64,000 bases of DNA from Limnohabitans sp. Rim8 (lineage in GTDB: Bacteria; Pseudomonadota; Gammaproteobacteria; Burkholderiales; Burkholderiaceae_C): the NCBI RefSeq assembly GCF_945897465.1, contig NZ_CAMDFK010000005.1. The stretch is one strand, 5' to 3'. Positions 55,903 through 64,000 of this stretch are shown piece by piece. The first letter of the stretch is position 1; every line of letters begins with the position of its first letter. A program made the position numbers and the translations under genes. Below the pieces are notes generated by a model. That model searched no databases. It saw only the letters and a program-made list of their open reading frames with translations, and was not told the DNA's origin.

Positions 55903-57114
55903 TCAGGCCACAGCACGGCTGGCCCGCAAACGCTCAATGTCGAGGGGGCTCAGGCCCAAGCTGTTCAACAACGCGTCGGTGTTCTCCCCTTGTCGTGGTG
56001 GTTGATGGCGGACCCCCAAACGTTGGCCGCCCATGGTGAAGGGCAGCAGAGCGGCGGGTGCGCTTTGCCCAGCCTTGGGGCCATCGGTGAGGCGCACATC
56101 GGCCAAGCCGCCGGTGGCCTGCAGGTGCGGATCGTGAAACAGCTCTTCGGGCTTGACGATGGGTGCAAAAGGCAAACCCGCTTTTTCAAAAATGACGCTC
56201 AGTTCGGCGGCTGTAAAGGCCGCCAAACGGCGACGCAAATCGGGCATCAGCTCGGCACGCAGCGACACGCGGGCGTTGTTGTCAAAGTAGCGTGGATCGG
56301 CCTTCAAGTCGGCAAAGCCCAGTACATCGCAGAACGTGGCCCACTGCGCATCGCTCACGGCCGCCAAAAAGATTTGCTCGCCGTTTTTGACGGTGAACAC
56401 GTCGTACACCGCCCAAGCCGAGATGCGGTTGGGCATGGGCTCGGCTGCTTTGCCGGTGATGGCGTACTGCAGCATGTGCTGGCCGACCAGGAAAACGTTG
56501 TTCTCGAATAAAGCCGACTGGATTTCTTGGCCGCGCCCGGTGATGCCGCGTTGAATCAATGCACCGAGCACACCAATCGCACCAAACATGCCGCCCATAA
56601 TGTCGTTCACGCTGGTACCAGCCCGCAGCGGGTCACCTGGGCGTCCGGTCATGTAGGCCAGGCCGCCCATCATCTGCACCACTTCGTCGAGTGCAGTGCG
56701 GTGCTCGTAGGGACCGGGCAGAAAACCCTTGAGGCTGGCGTAAATCAGCTGGGGGTGCTTTACCGACAGGCTGGCGTAGTCCAGGCCGTACTTGGCCATG
56801 GTGCCGGGCTTGAAGTTCTCGGCCACCACATCGGCTGTGGCGCACAAGCGTCGCGCCACCTCAGCCCCCTCGGGGCTTTGCAGGTTGATCTGGATGCTCT
56901 TTTTGTTGCGGTTGAACATCGGGAAAAAACCTGCACCCGAGCCCAACAAATGCCGCGTGCGGTCACCCTCAATGGGTTCGACCTTGATGACCTCAGCCCC
57001 CATGTCGGCCAGCACCATGCCGCAGGTGGGGCCCATGACCATGTGGGTGAACTCGACGACGCGCAAGCCTTCGAGCGGGAGTTTTCCGGCAGGGGCGTTC
57101 ATGTGCAGACTCAA
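55903..57114 (-). CDS. CaiB/BaiF family CoA-transferase
   Basis: LEGLRVVEFTHMVMGPTCGMVLADMGAEVIKVE is the family N-terminal signature. 403 aa. Confidence 0.85.
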   Translation of the reverse strand: MSLHMNAPAGKLPLEGLRVVEFTHMVMGPTCGMVLADMGAEVIKVEPIEGDRTRHLLGSGAGFFPMFNRNKKSIQINLQSPEGAEVARRLCATADVVAENFKPGTMAKYGLDYASLSVKHPQLIYASLKGFLPGPYEHRTALDEVVQMMGGLAYMTGRPGDPLRAGTSVNDIMGGMFGAIGVLGALIQRGITGRGQEIQSALFENNVFLVGQHMLQYAITGKAAEPMPNRISAWAVYDVFTVKNGEQIFLAAVSDAQWATFCDVLGFADLKADPRYFDNNARVSLRAELMPDLRRRLAAFTAAELSVIFEKAGLPFAPIVKPEELFHDPHLQATGGLADVRLTDGPKAGQSAPAALLPFTMGGQRLGVRHQPPRQGENTDALLNSLGLSPLDIERLRASRAVA

Positions 57115-57371
57115 CGGTAAAACGCTTCGACTTTGCCTTTGAGCTTGATGAGCAACGGCTGGCCTTTGCGGTCCAGCGTTTTGCCTGCGGGCACGCGCAC
57201 CCAGCCTTCGCTGATGCAGTATTCCTCGACGTCGTTGCGGTCCTTGCCGTTGAAGCGGATGCCGATGTCGTGCTCGAACACGGCGCGCACATGGTGCGGG
57301 CTGCGGGCGTCAATCGCCAAGCGGTCGGGCAGTGCGGGGCGAGAGGATGGGTCAGTGGCAATGTCGGTCAT
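57111..57371 (-). CDS. DUF3297 family protein
   Basis: 86 aa. As I recall, LPDRLAIDARSPHH...IGIRFNGK...V.EYC.SEGW matches the DUF3297 pattern. Overlaps the CoA-transferase start by 4 nt. Confidence 0.65.
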   Translation of the reverse strand: MTDIATDPSSRPALPDRLAIDARSPHHVRAVFEHDIGIRFNGKDRNDVEEYCISEGWVRVPAGKTLDRKGQPLLIKLKGKVEAFYR

Positions 57372-57432
57372 GTCGTTGAACTTTTGAAAAGCTTCCGAAT
57401 CTATACCAAAAGCCGCTTCGACACCGATTGAA

Positions 57433-57759
57433 TTAGATTTTTTTAAGTTTTAGACTTTCAACGATGTGCTTGTATTTTCTTTCTGGCTTGACCCCAAATA
57501 AAGAAAAAAATCCTTCGCTTTTTGAGGCCTGATTTCTGGAGATCGGGTGGCCTGTTACTGCTTCAGGCAATACATCCTCCAGACGCAAACCGTGGTTTTC
57601 CAGTAAACGGTTAATTTCTGAAGAGCAACGATCTACGGCCTGCTGTCGCTCCCTGGCTCTGTGCAACTCAACTTCTACCTTTTTTGCACTTTCAATTGAC
57701 TGGTTGATTTTGATTTCAAGCTGCGCTTTTTGCTGCTCAAGTTGTTTCAGTGAAGACAT
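57433..57759 (-). CDS. hypothetical coiled-coil protein resembling the N-terminal oligomerisation half of betaproteobacterial H-NS-like proteins
   Basis: AT-rich ORF of 108 aa. MSSLKQLEQQKAQLEIKI and EINRLLENHGLRLEDV follow the H-NS-like N-terminal pattern. No TW(S/T)GRGR-type DNA-binding motif is seen in the C-terminal half. Confidence 0.5.
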   Translation of the reverse strand: MSSLKQLEQQKAQLEIKINQSIESAKKVEVELHRARERQQAVDRCSSEINRLLENHGLRLEDVLPEAVTGHPISRNQASKSEGFFSLFGVKPERKYKHIVESLKLKKI

Positions 57760-57853
57760 GGTGAGGGCTCCAAAATAGGAATGAAGTAGGCGGTTAGAAA
57801 TTTAACAGCCACCCTCGTGTCAACCCACATCAATCATCATGAAAACACACAGA

Positions 57854-57912
57854 TGCTCACATCTGATAAGCCGTTTGTTCTGTGTTGGCGACAAATGCTC
57901 ACAGTTGCTCAC
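57854..57912 (+). promoter_or_regulatory. three direct copies of TGCTCAC upstream of the 7TMR-DISM kinase operon
   Basis: The copies are at 57854-57860, 57896-57902 and 57906-57912. The last two are exactly 10 bp apart. The first is embedded in the palindrome CAGATGCTCACATCTG. Confidence 0.35.
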
Positions 57913-57990
57913 GTTTTGGTGCCACTATTTCGCTTGAATGCGCAGGCCAGCGTTTTATGGCGCATGCAGCTCCTATGATCCAAGACATCC

Positions 57991-59862
57991 ATGAAACGTT
58001 TGTGTTGTCTCCTGCTGTTGTTGTTTTTCCAACTGCACTTGTATGCAGGGCCCAATCGCTATGTCATTGAAACGGCTTATTTTCATGATGATCAACAAAA
58101 GCACACCCTCGAGAGCGCCCAAGCCCAGACATTCACACCCTATCGGGGTCAACTGCGCCTTGGATTTGTCGGAGGTGAAACCTGGATCCGGATTCGACTC
58201 CCAGCCCCCCTCAACACACCAGCAACGAACTCAGCCTCGCCCTTGGTGTTGAAGGTCGAACCCTATTCTCTGGACAGCTTGGCCTTTTTCCAACACACAG
58301 CAGGAACGTGGTCTGAGCAGTTGGGTGGCGAGTTGCAACCCCCAAAGAAAAAAGTTTGCATCGAACTGCAGCACTGTTTTGTATTCGATGCGTCCCATGC
58401 CGACAAAGACTTCGCCTATTTGAAAGTTGAAACGACGGCTGTGCGCATTATTCGCACCGATGTGGTGACTGCCGATGAGGCCCTGACGTCATCGATTTCA
58501 GCCATCAAAAGCGTCCATGCCGCGCTCAATCTTTCCATCGCCTTGCTGATTCTGTCTGTGGCGTTTTTCGTCTTTGAACGCTCACGGCTGTTGCTGGCTT
58601 TTTGCTGTTTTCAAACGGCGGTGGTACTGACCATTTGCGCATTTTCCGGCGTCTTTCCACAAGGATGGACGTTCATGACGGTGGTGCAAGCCAATACCGT
58701 GGCTGGGTTTGGTTTGGTGATGCGCATGGCGATGACGGTCCTGATGGCGTGGATCGTGGTTTCTGCTTACAAACCCAGCAGCACTTATGAAAAATGGGTT
58801 GCTGCTGTTCTTGGGGTGTGTTGCTTCAATCTTCTGCTCGTTTTTTCGGGGTTTGAAACCGAGGCTGGCCTGCTCAACTACTTCATCGGTATCGTCAGTC
58901 CCTTCATCCAAATCTGGGGGGCTCGGACCGTGCGTGAGCCCATGCCCGGACGGTGGATTTTCACGGCGGGATGGCTTTTGTATTTTCTTATCATTGTTTT
59001 CGGGTTTCCCTACAATTTGGGCCCTCAAGACTGGCGAGATCAATACAACTTTGCACAGACCAGTGGTGATCTGCGATTCAACGGAATTTTCATTGGCAGC
59101 GTTGTTTTTTGGTTGGTGACCACCGAAAAAATCAGCCGCAACAAGAAAAAATTTCTGGAACTTCAGGCTCTGAAAATTCAAGCGGCCGAGTCCAAGGTCC
59201 ACGAAGAAGGACTCAAGGAGAGACGCGACCTGATTGACATGCTGACGCATGAATTAAAAACCCCCTTGAGCACCATCAAATTCGCCTTGGCTTCGCTCAA
59301 AAGAATGGCTTGGGTACAAGGCGAATCTACAGACAGGATGCTGCACATCAATGCCTCTGTGGAGCGCATGGACGCGATGATTGAACACGTGGCGCTGTCC
59401 AACAAAATTGAGCGCACGGAAGCACGCGGTTTAGAAGAAAACGTGTCGGCACTCGAGTTGATGAATGTGGTGATGCAGGAGTACCGTGACCCGGATCGTT
59501 TTGAGCTCGATATTCAAGATGGCGTGATGTTCCGTGCTGCCCCCCACTTTCTGGCCTTGATCGTTGAAAACCTGGTGAGCAATGCCGTCAAATATGCGGC
59601 CGAGGGGAAAATCAAGATCACCATTCATGATGAAACAGAGCGCCTGACCTCTTTTCGCATCAGCAACCGTGTGGCCGCCGACCATCACCCTGATGAGTCG
59701 CGTTTGTTTGAGCGTTATTACCGCCACCCCAGTTTCCAGAACAGCCCGGGCATGGGCATTGGTCTGAGCTTGGTGCATTCAGCCGCTCAGAAAATGGGCG
59801 CTCAAGTGCGTTACCAAAAAATAGACCACGACGTGGTCTTTGAAGTGAGGTTTCCCCGTTGA
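57991..59862 (+). CDS. 7TMR-DISM family sensor histidine kinase
   Basis: Signal peptide, then a DISMED2-like extracellular domain (GGETWIRIRLP), 7 hydrophobic helices, H-box MLTHELKTPLSTI, and ATPase motifs NAVKYA and GMGIGLSLV. Confidence 0.85.
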   Translation: MKRLCCLLLLLFFQLHLYAGPNRYVIETAYFHDDQQKHTLESAQAQTFTPYRGQLRLGFVGGETWIRIRLPAPLNTPATNSASPLVLKVEPYSLDSLAFFQHTAGTWSEQLGGELQPPKKKVCIELQHCFVFDASHADKDFAYLKVETTAVRIIRTDVVTADEALTSSISAIKSVHAALNLSIALLILSVAFFVFERSRLLLAFCCFQTAVVLTICAFSGVFPQGWTFMTVVQANTVAGFGLVMRMAMTVLMAWIVVSAYKPSSTYEKWVAAVLGVCCFNLLLVFSGFETEAGLLNYFIGIVSPFIQIWGARTVREPMPGRWIFTAGWLLYFLIIVFGFPYNLGPQDWRDQYNFAQTSGDLRFNGIFIGSVVFWLVTTEKISRNKKKFLELQALKIQAAESKVHEEGLKERRDLIDMLTHELKTPLSTIKFALASLKRMAWVQGESTDRMLHINASVERMDAMIEHVALSNKIERTEARGLEENVSALELMNVVMQEYRDPDRFELDIQDGVMFRAAPHFLALIVENLVSNAVKYAAEGKIKITIHDETERLTSFRISNRVAADHHPDESRLFERYYRHPSFQNSPGMGIGLSLVHSAAQKMGAQVRYQKIDHDVVFEVRFPR

Positions 59863-60599
59863 ACACGTTGCACCGTGACACCCGAGATGCACCTTGGCCC
59901 TTGGTTCTGGCCTTGGTGGAGGATGACCGCTTGCTGCGTGAAGAAATCGAGGTGCATTTGAGGGCACATGGGTTTGATGTGCATGCGGTCAACAGCGCAG
60001 CGGGCTTGGACGATTTGAGTGCCCGCATTGCCTTCGACCTTTACCTGATCGACCTGAATCTGCCCGGTGAAAATGGCCTGAGCTTATGCCGGCGAGTGCG
60101 CGAGTCACGACCCGATGCGGGCATTGTGATCATGACCGCCAGGGTGGCTTTGAACGACAAAATTGCAGGTTACAAACAAGGCGGTGCCGATCTTTACCTG
60201 ACCAAGCCCGTCTCACCGGATGAACTGGTTTTGGTGTTGCTGAGTTTGGGACGCCGCCTGAAACAGACGCAAACTGCCCATGAGTGGTCGATGAGTTTGC
60301 GCGATCGGACTTTGCTGGGCCCGGACCAGGACCAAAAACTGCGTTTGACCAGCAAAGAAAAAGCCATTTTGCTGGCCCTCGTGCAAGCCAAAGACAACAC
60401 ACTGGAGTCTGGTGTGCTTTGCGACCTGTTTGCCGACGAGGACGCGGACGCTTTGATGAGCAAGCACGCACTGGAGGAGTTGATCGCTCGTTTGCGCAAG
60501 AAATTCAAGAGCGTCCAGGCAGATGGCGATGAGCCGGCCATCAAATCGGTGTGGGGTGTGGGTTATCAATTGTGTGTGCGGATCAAATTTGTCCATTGA
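59859..60599 (+). CDS. OmpR/PhoB-family response regulator
   Basis: REC domain (LALVEDDRLLREEI, YLIDLNLPGENG, KP) and a winged-helix C-terminus (IKSVWGVGYQL). The only in-frame start before the REC domain is the TTG at 59859, overlapping the kinase stop. Confidence 0.75.
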   Translation: MNTLHRDTRDAPWPLVLALVEDDRLLREEIEVHLRAHGFDVHAVNSAAGLDDLSARIAFDLYLIDLNLPGENGLSLCRRVRESRPDAGIVIMTARVALNDKIAGYKQGGADLYLTKPVSPDELVLVLLSLGRRLKQTQTAHEWSMSLRDRTLLGPDQDQKLRLTSKEKAILLALVQAKDNTLESGVLCDLFADEDADALMSKHALEELIARLRKKFKSVQADGDEPAIKSVWGVGYQLCVRIKFVH

Positions 60600-60707
60600 G
60601 GTGCCCGCTGCTGCACGACCCACATGGTGGCAAAATGCCCGGTCCTCAAAACCTGACCCTGGTGTCCGGCCTGTGCACCAAGGTCGCCGGCCCCTCTCGA
60701 TCCCCTC

Positions 60708-61961
60708 ATGACCTCTTCCCCCGCCGGCACGCTCGGCATCGATTTCGGCACCTCCAATTCGGCTGTGGCCTGGCTCGGCGCTCAGGGCGGCGCCCGCTTG
60801 ATCCCGCTGGAGGGCGAAGCCCTGGCCATGCCCACGGCCGTTTTCTACAACGCCGAAGACGGCAGCACCCACTTCGGGCGTGATGCCATTGGTCATTACC
60901 TGGAGGGCACCGAGGGCCGATTGATGCGCTCGCTCAAAAGCCTGCTGGGCAGCCCTCTTTTGCTGGAGACCACACAAATCGGTCACCAGCAGATCAATTT
61001 TCAGGACATCATCACCACCTTTTTGGCGACCCTGCGCGAACGTGCCACACAAAGTCTGGGCAGCGCACCACGTCGTGTGGTGATGGGACGCCCCGTGCAT
61101 TTTGTGGACGAGGACCCCGAGCGCGATGCACAAGCGCAAGCTTCTCTGCGGCGGGCCGTGGAGGCGGTGGGCTTTGAGGAGGTGTCATTTCAGCTCGAGC
61201 CCATTGCCGCCGCGCTGGACTACGAGCAGCGCCTGACCCATGAAAGCACCGTTCTGGTGGTCGACTTAGGGGGTGGCACCTCGGACTTCACTGTGGTCCG
61301 GCTGGGGCCTGAGCGCATGCGCAGATCTGACCGGAGCTCAGACATCCTGGCCACCACGGGTGTGCACATTGGCGGCACCGACTACGACCGCCAACTGAAC
61401 CTGGCGCAAGTCATGCCGCTGCTCGGTTTCAAACATCTGGGCCTCGACCAGCGCGAGGTGCCCAACCGGGTGTTTTTTGATTTGGCGACATGGCACCTGA
61501 TCCACTGGCAATACCAAGCCAAAGCCATTGCCCACGCCCAAACCCTGCGCAGCAATTACAGCGAGCCGCGCCTGCATGAACGGCTGATGCGTGTATTGCA
61601 AGAGCGCCACGGCCACCACATGGCCCACGAAGTGGAACAGGCCAAGATCCGCTGCTCAATGGGTCAATCTGAAACCAGGATCGACCTGTCGGTGATCGAG
61701 CGCGGCTTGTCAGCGCAATTGGGTGTGCGCGACATGCAAATGCATCTGCACGACTTGCTGGCCCGCACCGTGGCCTGCGCGCGTGAATGTGTGCAAAGCG
61801 CGGGGCTGAACGATGCGTCACTGGACGCGATTTACCTCACGGGCGGCTCTTCGGCCTTGAGCACCTTCCAAGCCACATTGCAGGCTGAATTCAAAGGCGT
61901 ACCGCTGGTCGAAGGCGATTTGTTTGGCGGCGTGGCGCTGGGCTTGGCCTACAGCCGCTGA
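60708..61961 (+). CDS. Hsp70-family (YegD-like) actin-fold ATPase
   Basis: LGIDFGTSNSAVA phosphate-1 motif, VVDLGGGTSDF phosphate-2 and LTGGSS adenosine motif. There is no substrate-binding domain (417 aa). Confidence 0.8.
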   Translation: MTSSPAGTLGIDFGTSNSAVAWLGAQGGARLIPLEGEALAMPTAVFYNAEDGSTHFGRDAIGHYLEGTEGRLMRSLKSLLGSPLLLETTQIGHQQINFQDIITTFLATLRERATQSLGSAPRRVVMGRPVHFVDEDPERDAQAQASLRRAVEAVGFEEVSFQLEPIAAALDYEQRLTHESTVLVVDLGGGTSDFTVVRLGPERMRRSDRSSDILATTGVHIGGTDYDRQLNLAQVMPLLGFKHLGLDQREVPNRVFFDLATWHLIHWQYQAKAIAHAQTLRSNYSEPRLHERLMRVLQERHGHHMAHEVEQAKIRCSMGQSETRIDLSVIERGLSAQLGVRDMQMHLHDLLARTVACARECVQSAGLNDASLDAIYLTGGSSALSTFQATLQAEFKGVPLVEGDLFGGVALGLAYSR

Positions 61962-61979
61962 GCAGAAAACCCCAAGAAA

Positions 61980-62534
61980 TCAGGCCCAGTCGTCGCCCAG
62001 GTCCCATAAGCCGTCACCCGCATCCGGGTCAGCGGTGGACACATTGCCTGCCGAGCCTTGGGCCACATCGGATGGCGCCACTGCTGGCCCGAACAGGCCT
62101 TGAAGGCCTTGCAGCAACAAACCACCCGCCACCACCCCCGCGCTCACACCCAGCGCGGTGCCGCTGACTTGCGCCAGCAGGCCACGCCCCCAGGGACTGG
62201 GCTGCGCCTGGGCCAAGGGGGTGGCCATCGCACCAGCACCCGCATCGGCAGGCCTATTGGACACGGCCGCTGTGGACGTTGGCTTAGACGTTAAGGATTG
62301 CAATTGAGCAGCTTGTGCATCGCACAGGTTTTGTAACTGCGCCAGTCGGTCTTGGGTGGCGTTCAAGGCCAACTGCAGGGCCATGCTGCGCTGCACCAGC
62401 CAATAAGGCGCATCAGGCTGCTGCGCCAGCGCGTCGCGGATCAAGCCCTCGGCCAGAGTGTCTTTGGGGTGGCTGCGTTGCTGGCGCAAGGCGGCCAAAA
62501 ATTGCTGGAGCTGGTCGCGTTCTTGGGCGGTCAT
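61980..62534 (-). CDS. DUF2076 domain protein
   Basis: MTAQERDQLQQFLAALRQQ start, and a Gly/Ala-rich C-terminal half ending in an acidic tail with DDW. The start is at 62534. Confidence 0.65.
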   Translation of the reverse strand: MTAQERDQLQQFLAALRQQRSHPKDTLAEGLIRDALAQQPDAPYWLVQRSMALQLALNATQDRLAQLQNLCDAQAAQLQSLTSKPTSTAAVSNRPADAGAGAMATPLAQAQPSPWGRGLLAQVSGTALGVSAGVVAGGLLLQGLQGLFGPAVAPSDVAQGSAGNVSTADPDAGDGLWDLGDDWA

Positions 62535-62746
62535 GGGCGGGTCCTTGGGCTGGGCGATGTCAAATGGCCAAGCCATTATTGGCCGTTTTGCACGGGCTGG
62601 ACACCCATAAACCCATGAATGGGCGGGTGTTTTGCACAAATTGAGCCCCTGTCGCCTGGGCAGCGCCAGCTCAAAGGTTCATAGGGTTTTCCAGCGCACA
62701 ATGGCTGTGTTGTGGCATTTTTCAGCCTTTGGACACCGGAGACCGC

Positions 62747-63943
62747 ATGAAAGAAACCCCCTATGCTTGGGTGGTGGTTTGGGCCACCTTTGCTTGCCTG
62801 GCGTTGATCTTCGGCGTGTCGTATTCGTTCGCCGCGTTTTTTGAATCGTTCGCGGCCGAGTTCTCGGCGCAGCGGGCCGATGTGTCTTGGATCTTTGGCC
62901 TGTCGGGCTTTGTTTACTTTGTGCTGGGCGCGGGCGGTGGCATGTTGGCCGACCGCTTCGGGCCCCGCATCGTGTGCTCGGCGGGCATGGGCTTGATTGC
63001 GCTGGGCCTGCTGGCCACCAGTTGGGCCACGTCCTTGCTGGCGGTGTATTTGAGCTATGGCTTGCTGGTGGGCCTGGGCATTGCCCTGGTCTACACGCCC
63101 TCGATCGCCAGCGTGCAGCCCTGGTTCACCACCCGGCGCGGCTTGGCCGGGGGCATTGCCAGCTCGGGCGTGGGCGCAGGCACTTTGCTGGTGCCGGTGT
63201 TGGTGGCGATGGCGATTGGCCCGGTGCCTTGGCGCGAGGCCATGCAGCTGCTGGCTTTGGGTGTGTTGCTGCTGGGCTTGTTGGCAGCGGGTTTGCTGCG
63301 CCGCGCCCCGTCGGCACCGGCCGCCCCCGGTGCGCCCGGTGCGGGGGGCTCGGCCGCCGGACTGACCTTGCGCGAGACCTTGCGCAGTCCCACTTTTCGC
63401 TGGCTCTACTTGGCCACCGTGCTGGCCTCGCCCGTGATGTTCATTCCTTTTGCGCATGTATCAGCCTCGGCGCGCGATCTGGGCTTGGGCGAAGCCTTTG
63501 CCGTGGGACTGGTGGGCCTGATTGGCGTGGGCAGTCTGGTCGGGCGCTTTGCCATTGGCCTGCTGGCCGACCGGCTGGGTCGGGCACAAACGCTGGTGCT
63601 GATGCAGCTGTCCATGGGCGCTTCGTATGTGCTGTGGGGCGCAGCGGGCGGGCAGGCCATGTTGGTGTTGTTTGCGCTGTGGTTTGGCCTGAGCTATGGC
63701 AGTATCGTGTCGCTCTTGCCCGCCATTTGCATGGATTATTTTGGCGGCCGCTCAGTGGCCAGCGTGGTGGGCACGCTCTACAGCGGCGCAGCCTTGGGCA
63801 ATTTGTTAGGCCCTGTGCTGGCCGGGGCGGCATTTGACTGGAGCGGGCATTATTTGGGCGTGATGGCCGTCTGCGGCGTGCTCTCGCTCACAGCCACCTG
63901 GGCCTCACGGCAAATGAAACGCAGCGGCCAAGCACGGTATTGA
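62747..63943 (+). CDS. MFS transporter (oxalate/formate antiporter-like)
   Basis: 12 hydrophobic segments. G.LADRFGPR motif after TM2. Start MKETPYAWVVV at 62747. Confidence 0.8.
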   Translation: MKETPYAWVVVWATFACLALIFGVSYSFAAFFESFAAEFSAQRADVSWIFGLSGFVYFVLGAGGGMLADRFGPRIVCSAGMGLIALGLLATSWATSLLAVYLSYGLLVGLGIALVYTPSIASVQPWFTTRRGLAGGIASSGVGAGTLLVPVLVAMAIGPVPWREAMQLLALGVLLLGLLAAGLLRRAPSAPAAPGAPGAGGSAAGLTLRETLRSPTFRWLYLATVLASPVMFIPFAHVSASARDLGLGEAFAVGLVGLIGVGSLVGRFAIGLLADRLGRAQTLVLMQLSMGASYVLWGAAGGQAMLVLFALWFGLSYGSIVSLLPAICMDYFGGRSVASVVGTLYSGAALGNLLGPVLAGAAFDWSGHYLGVMAVCGVLSLTATWASRQMKRSGQARY

Positions 63944-63964
63944 TTCTTGAGAAAGAAACACCTG

Positions 63965-64000
63965 ATGCACAACGATTTGCACGCGCTGCGGCGCATCCTC
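63965..64000 (+). CDS. 5' fragment of an ORF (MHNDLHALRRIL...), possibly a LysR-type regulator
   Basis: Only 12 codons are visible. The pattern M..DL..LR.. is common at LysR N-termini, but this is far too short to assign. Confidence 0.15.
   Translation, partial: MHNDLHALRRIL

Overview
High-G+C chromosomal segment (about two-thirds G+C by eye, not computed). The gene repertoire looks like Betaproteobacteria/Burkholderiales, possibly Comamonadaceae: split metH, a cysI-DUF934-cysH-cysDN-cobA operon, glnK-amtB, and cynS with an NrtABC-like transporter. This taxonomic placement is inference only. I call about 65 protein-coding genes. I saw no rRNA, tRNA, CRISPR array, transposase or integrase. 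Many long ORFs in the six-frame track are GC-driven antisense shadows or N-terminal over-extensions, so I re-derived start codons by reading the sequence.

The window is dominated by sulfur and selenium metabolism:
- assimilatory sulfate reduction (2141-9164)
- a periplasmic rhodanese plus a YeeE/YedE thiosulfate-type channel (14672-16705)
- a PhnCDE-family ABC importer (16918-20364)
- a SulP permease (34266-35750)
- soxXYZA fused to a periplasmic molybdenum hydroxylase operon (49740-54458)

The main finding is a small-molecule organoselenium cluster. An EgtB-like C-chalcogen bond-forming enzyme (senA-like, 28215-29498) sits head-to-head with a glycosyltransferase (senB-like, 29512-30486). The glycosyltransferase is translationally coupled to a pyridine-nucleotide-disulfide-oxidoreductase::SelD fusion (senC-like, 30486-32852). 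A stand-alone hercynine synthase egtD lies 7 kb away (20478-21446), next to the PhnD-family transporter. No selA, selB, selC or ybbB is present in the window. This matches a selenoneine/selenosugar (sen-type) pathway rather than selenoprotein or selenouridine synthesis.

Other items worth a second look:
- two giant perfect hairpins that share an identical 32-nt loop in opposite orientation, in the queC/recQ divergent region (47475-47762)
- a SoxY whose C-terminus lacks the canonical GGCGG swinging arm
- a lower-G+C islet (57372-60599) holding an H-NS-N-terminal-like coiled-coil protein and a 7TMR-DISM two-component system
- twin palindromic operators beside a vapB-type antitoxin at the left edge
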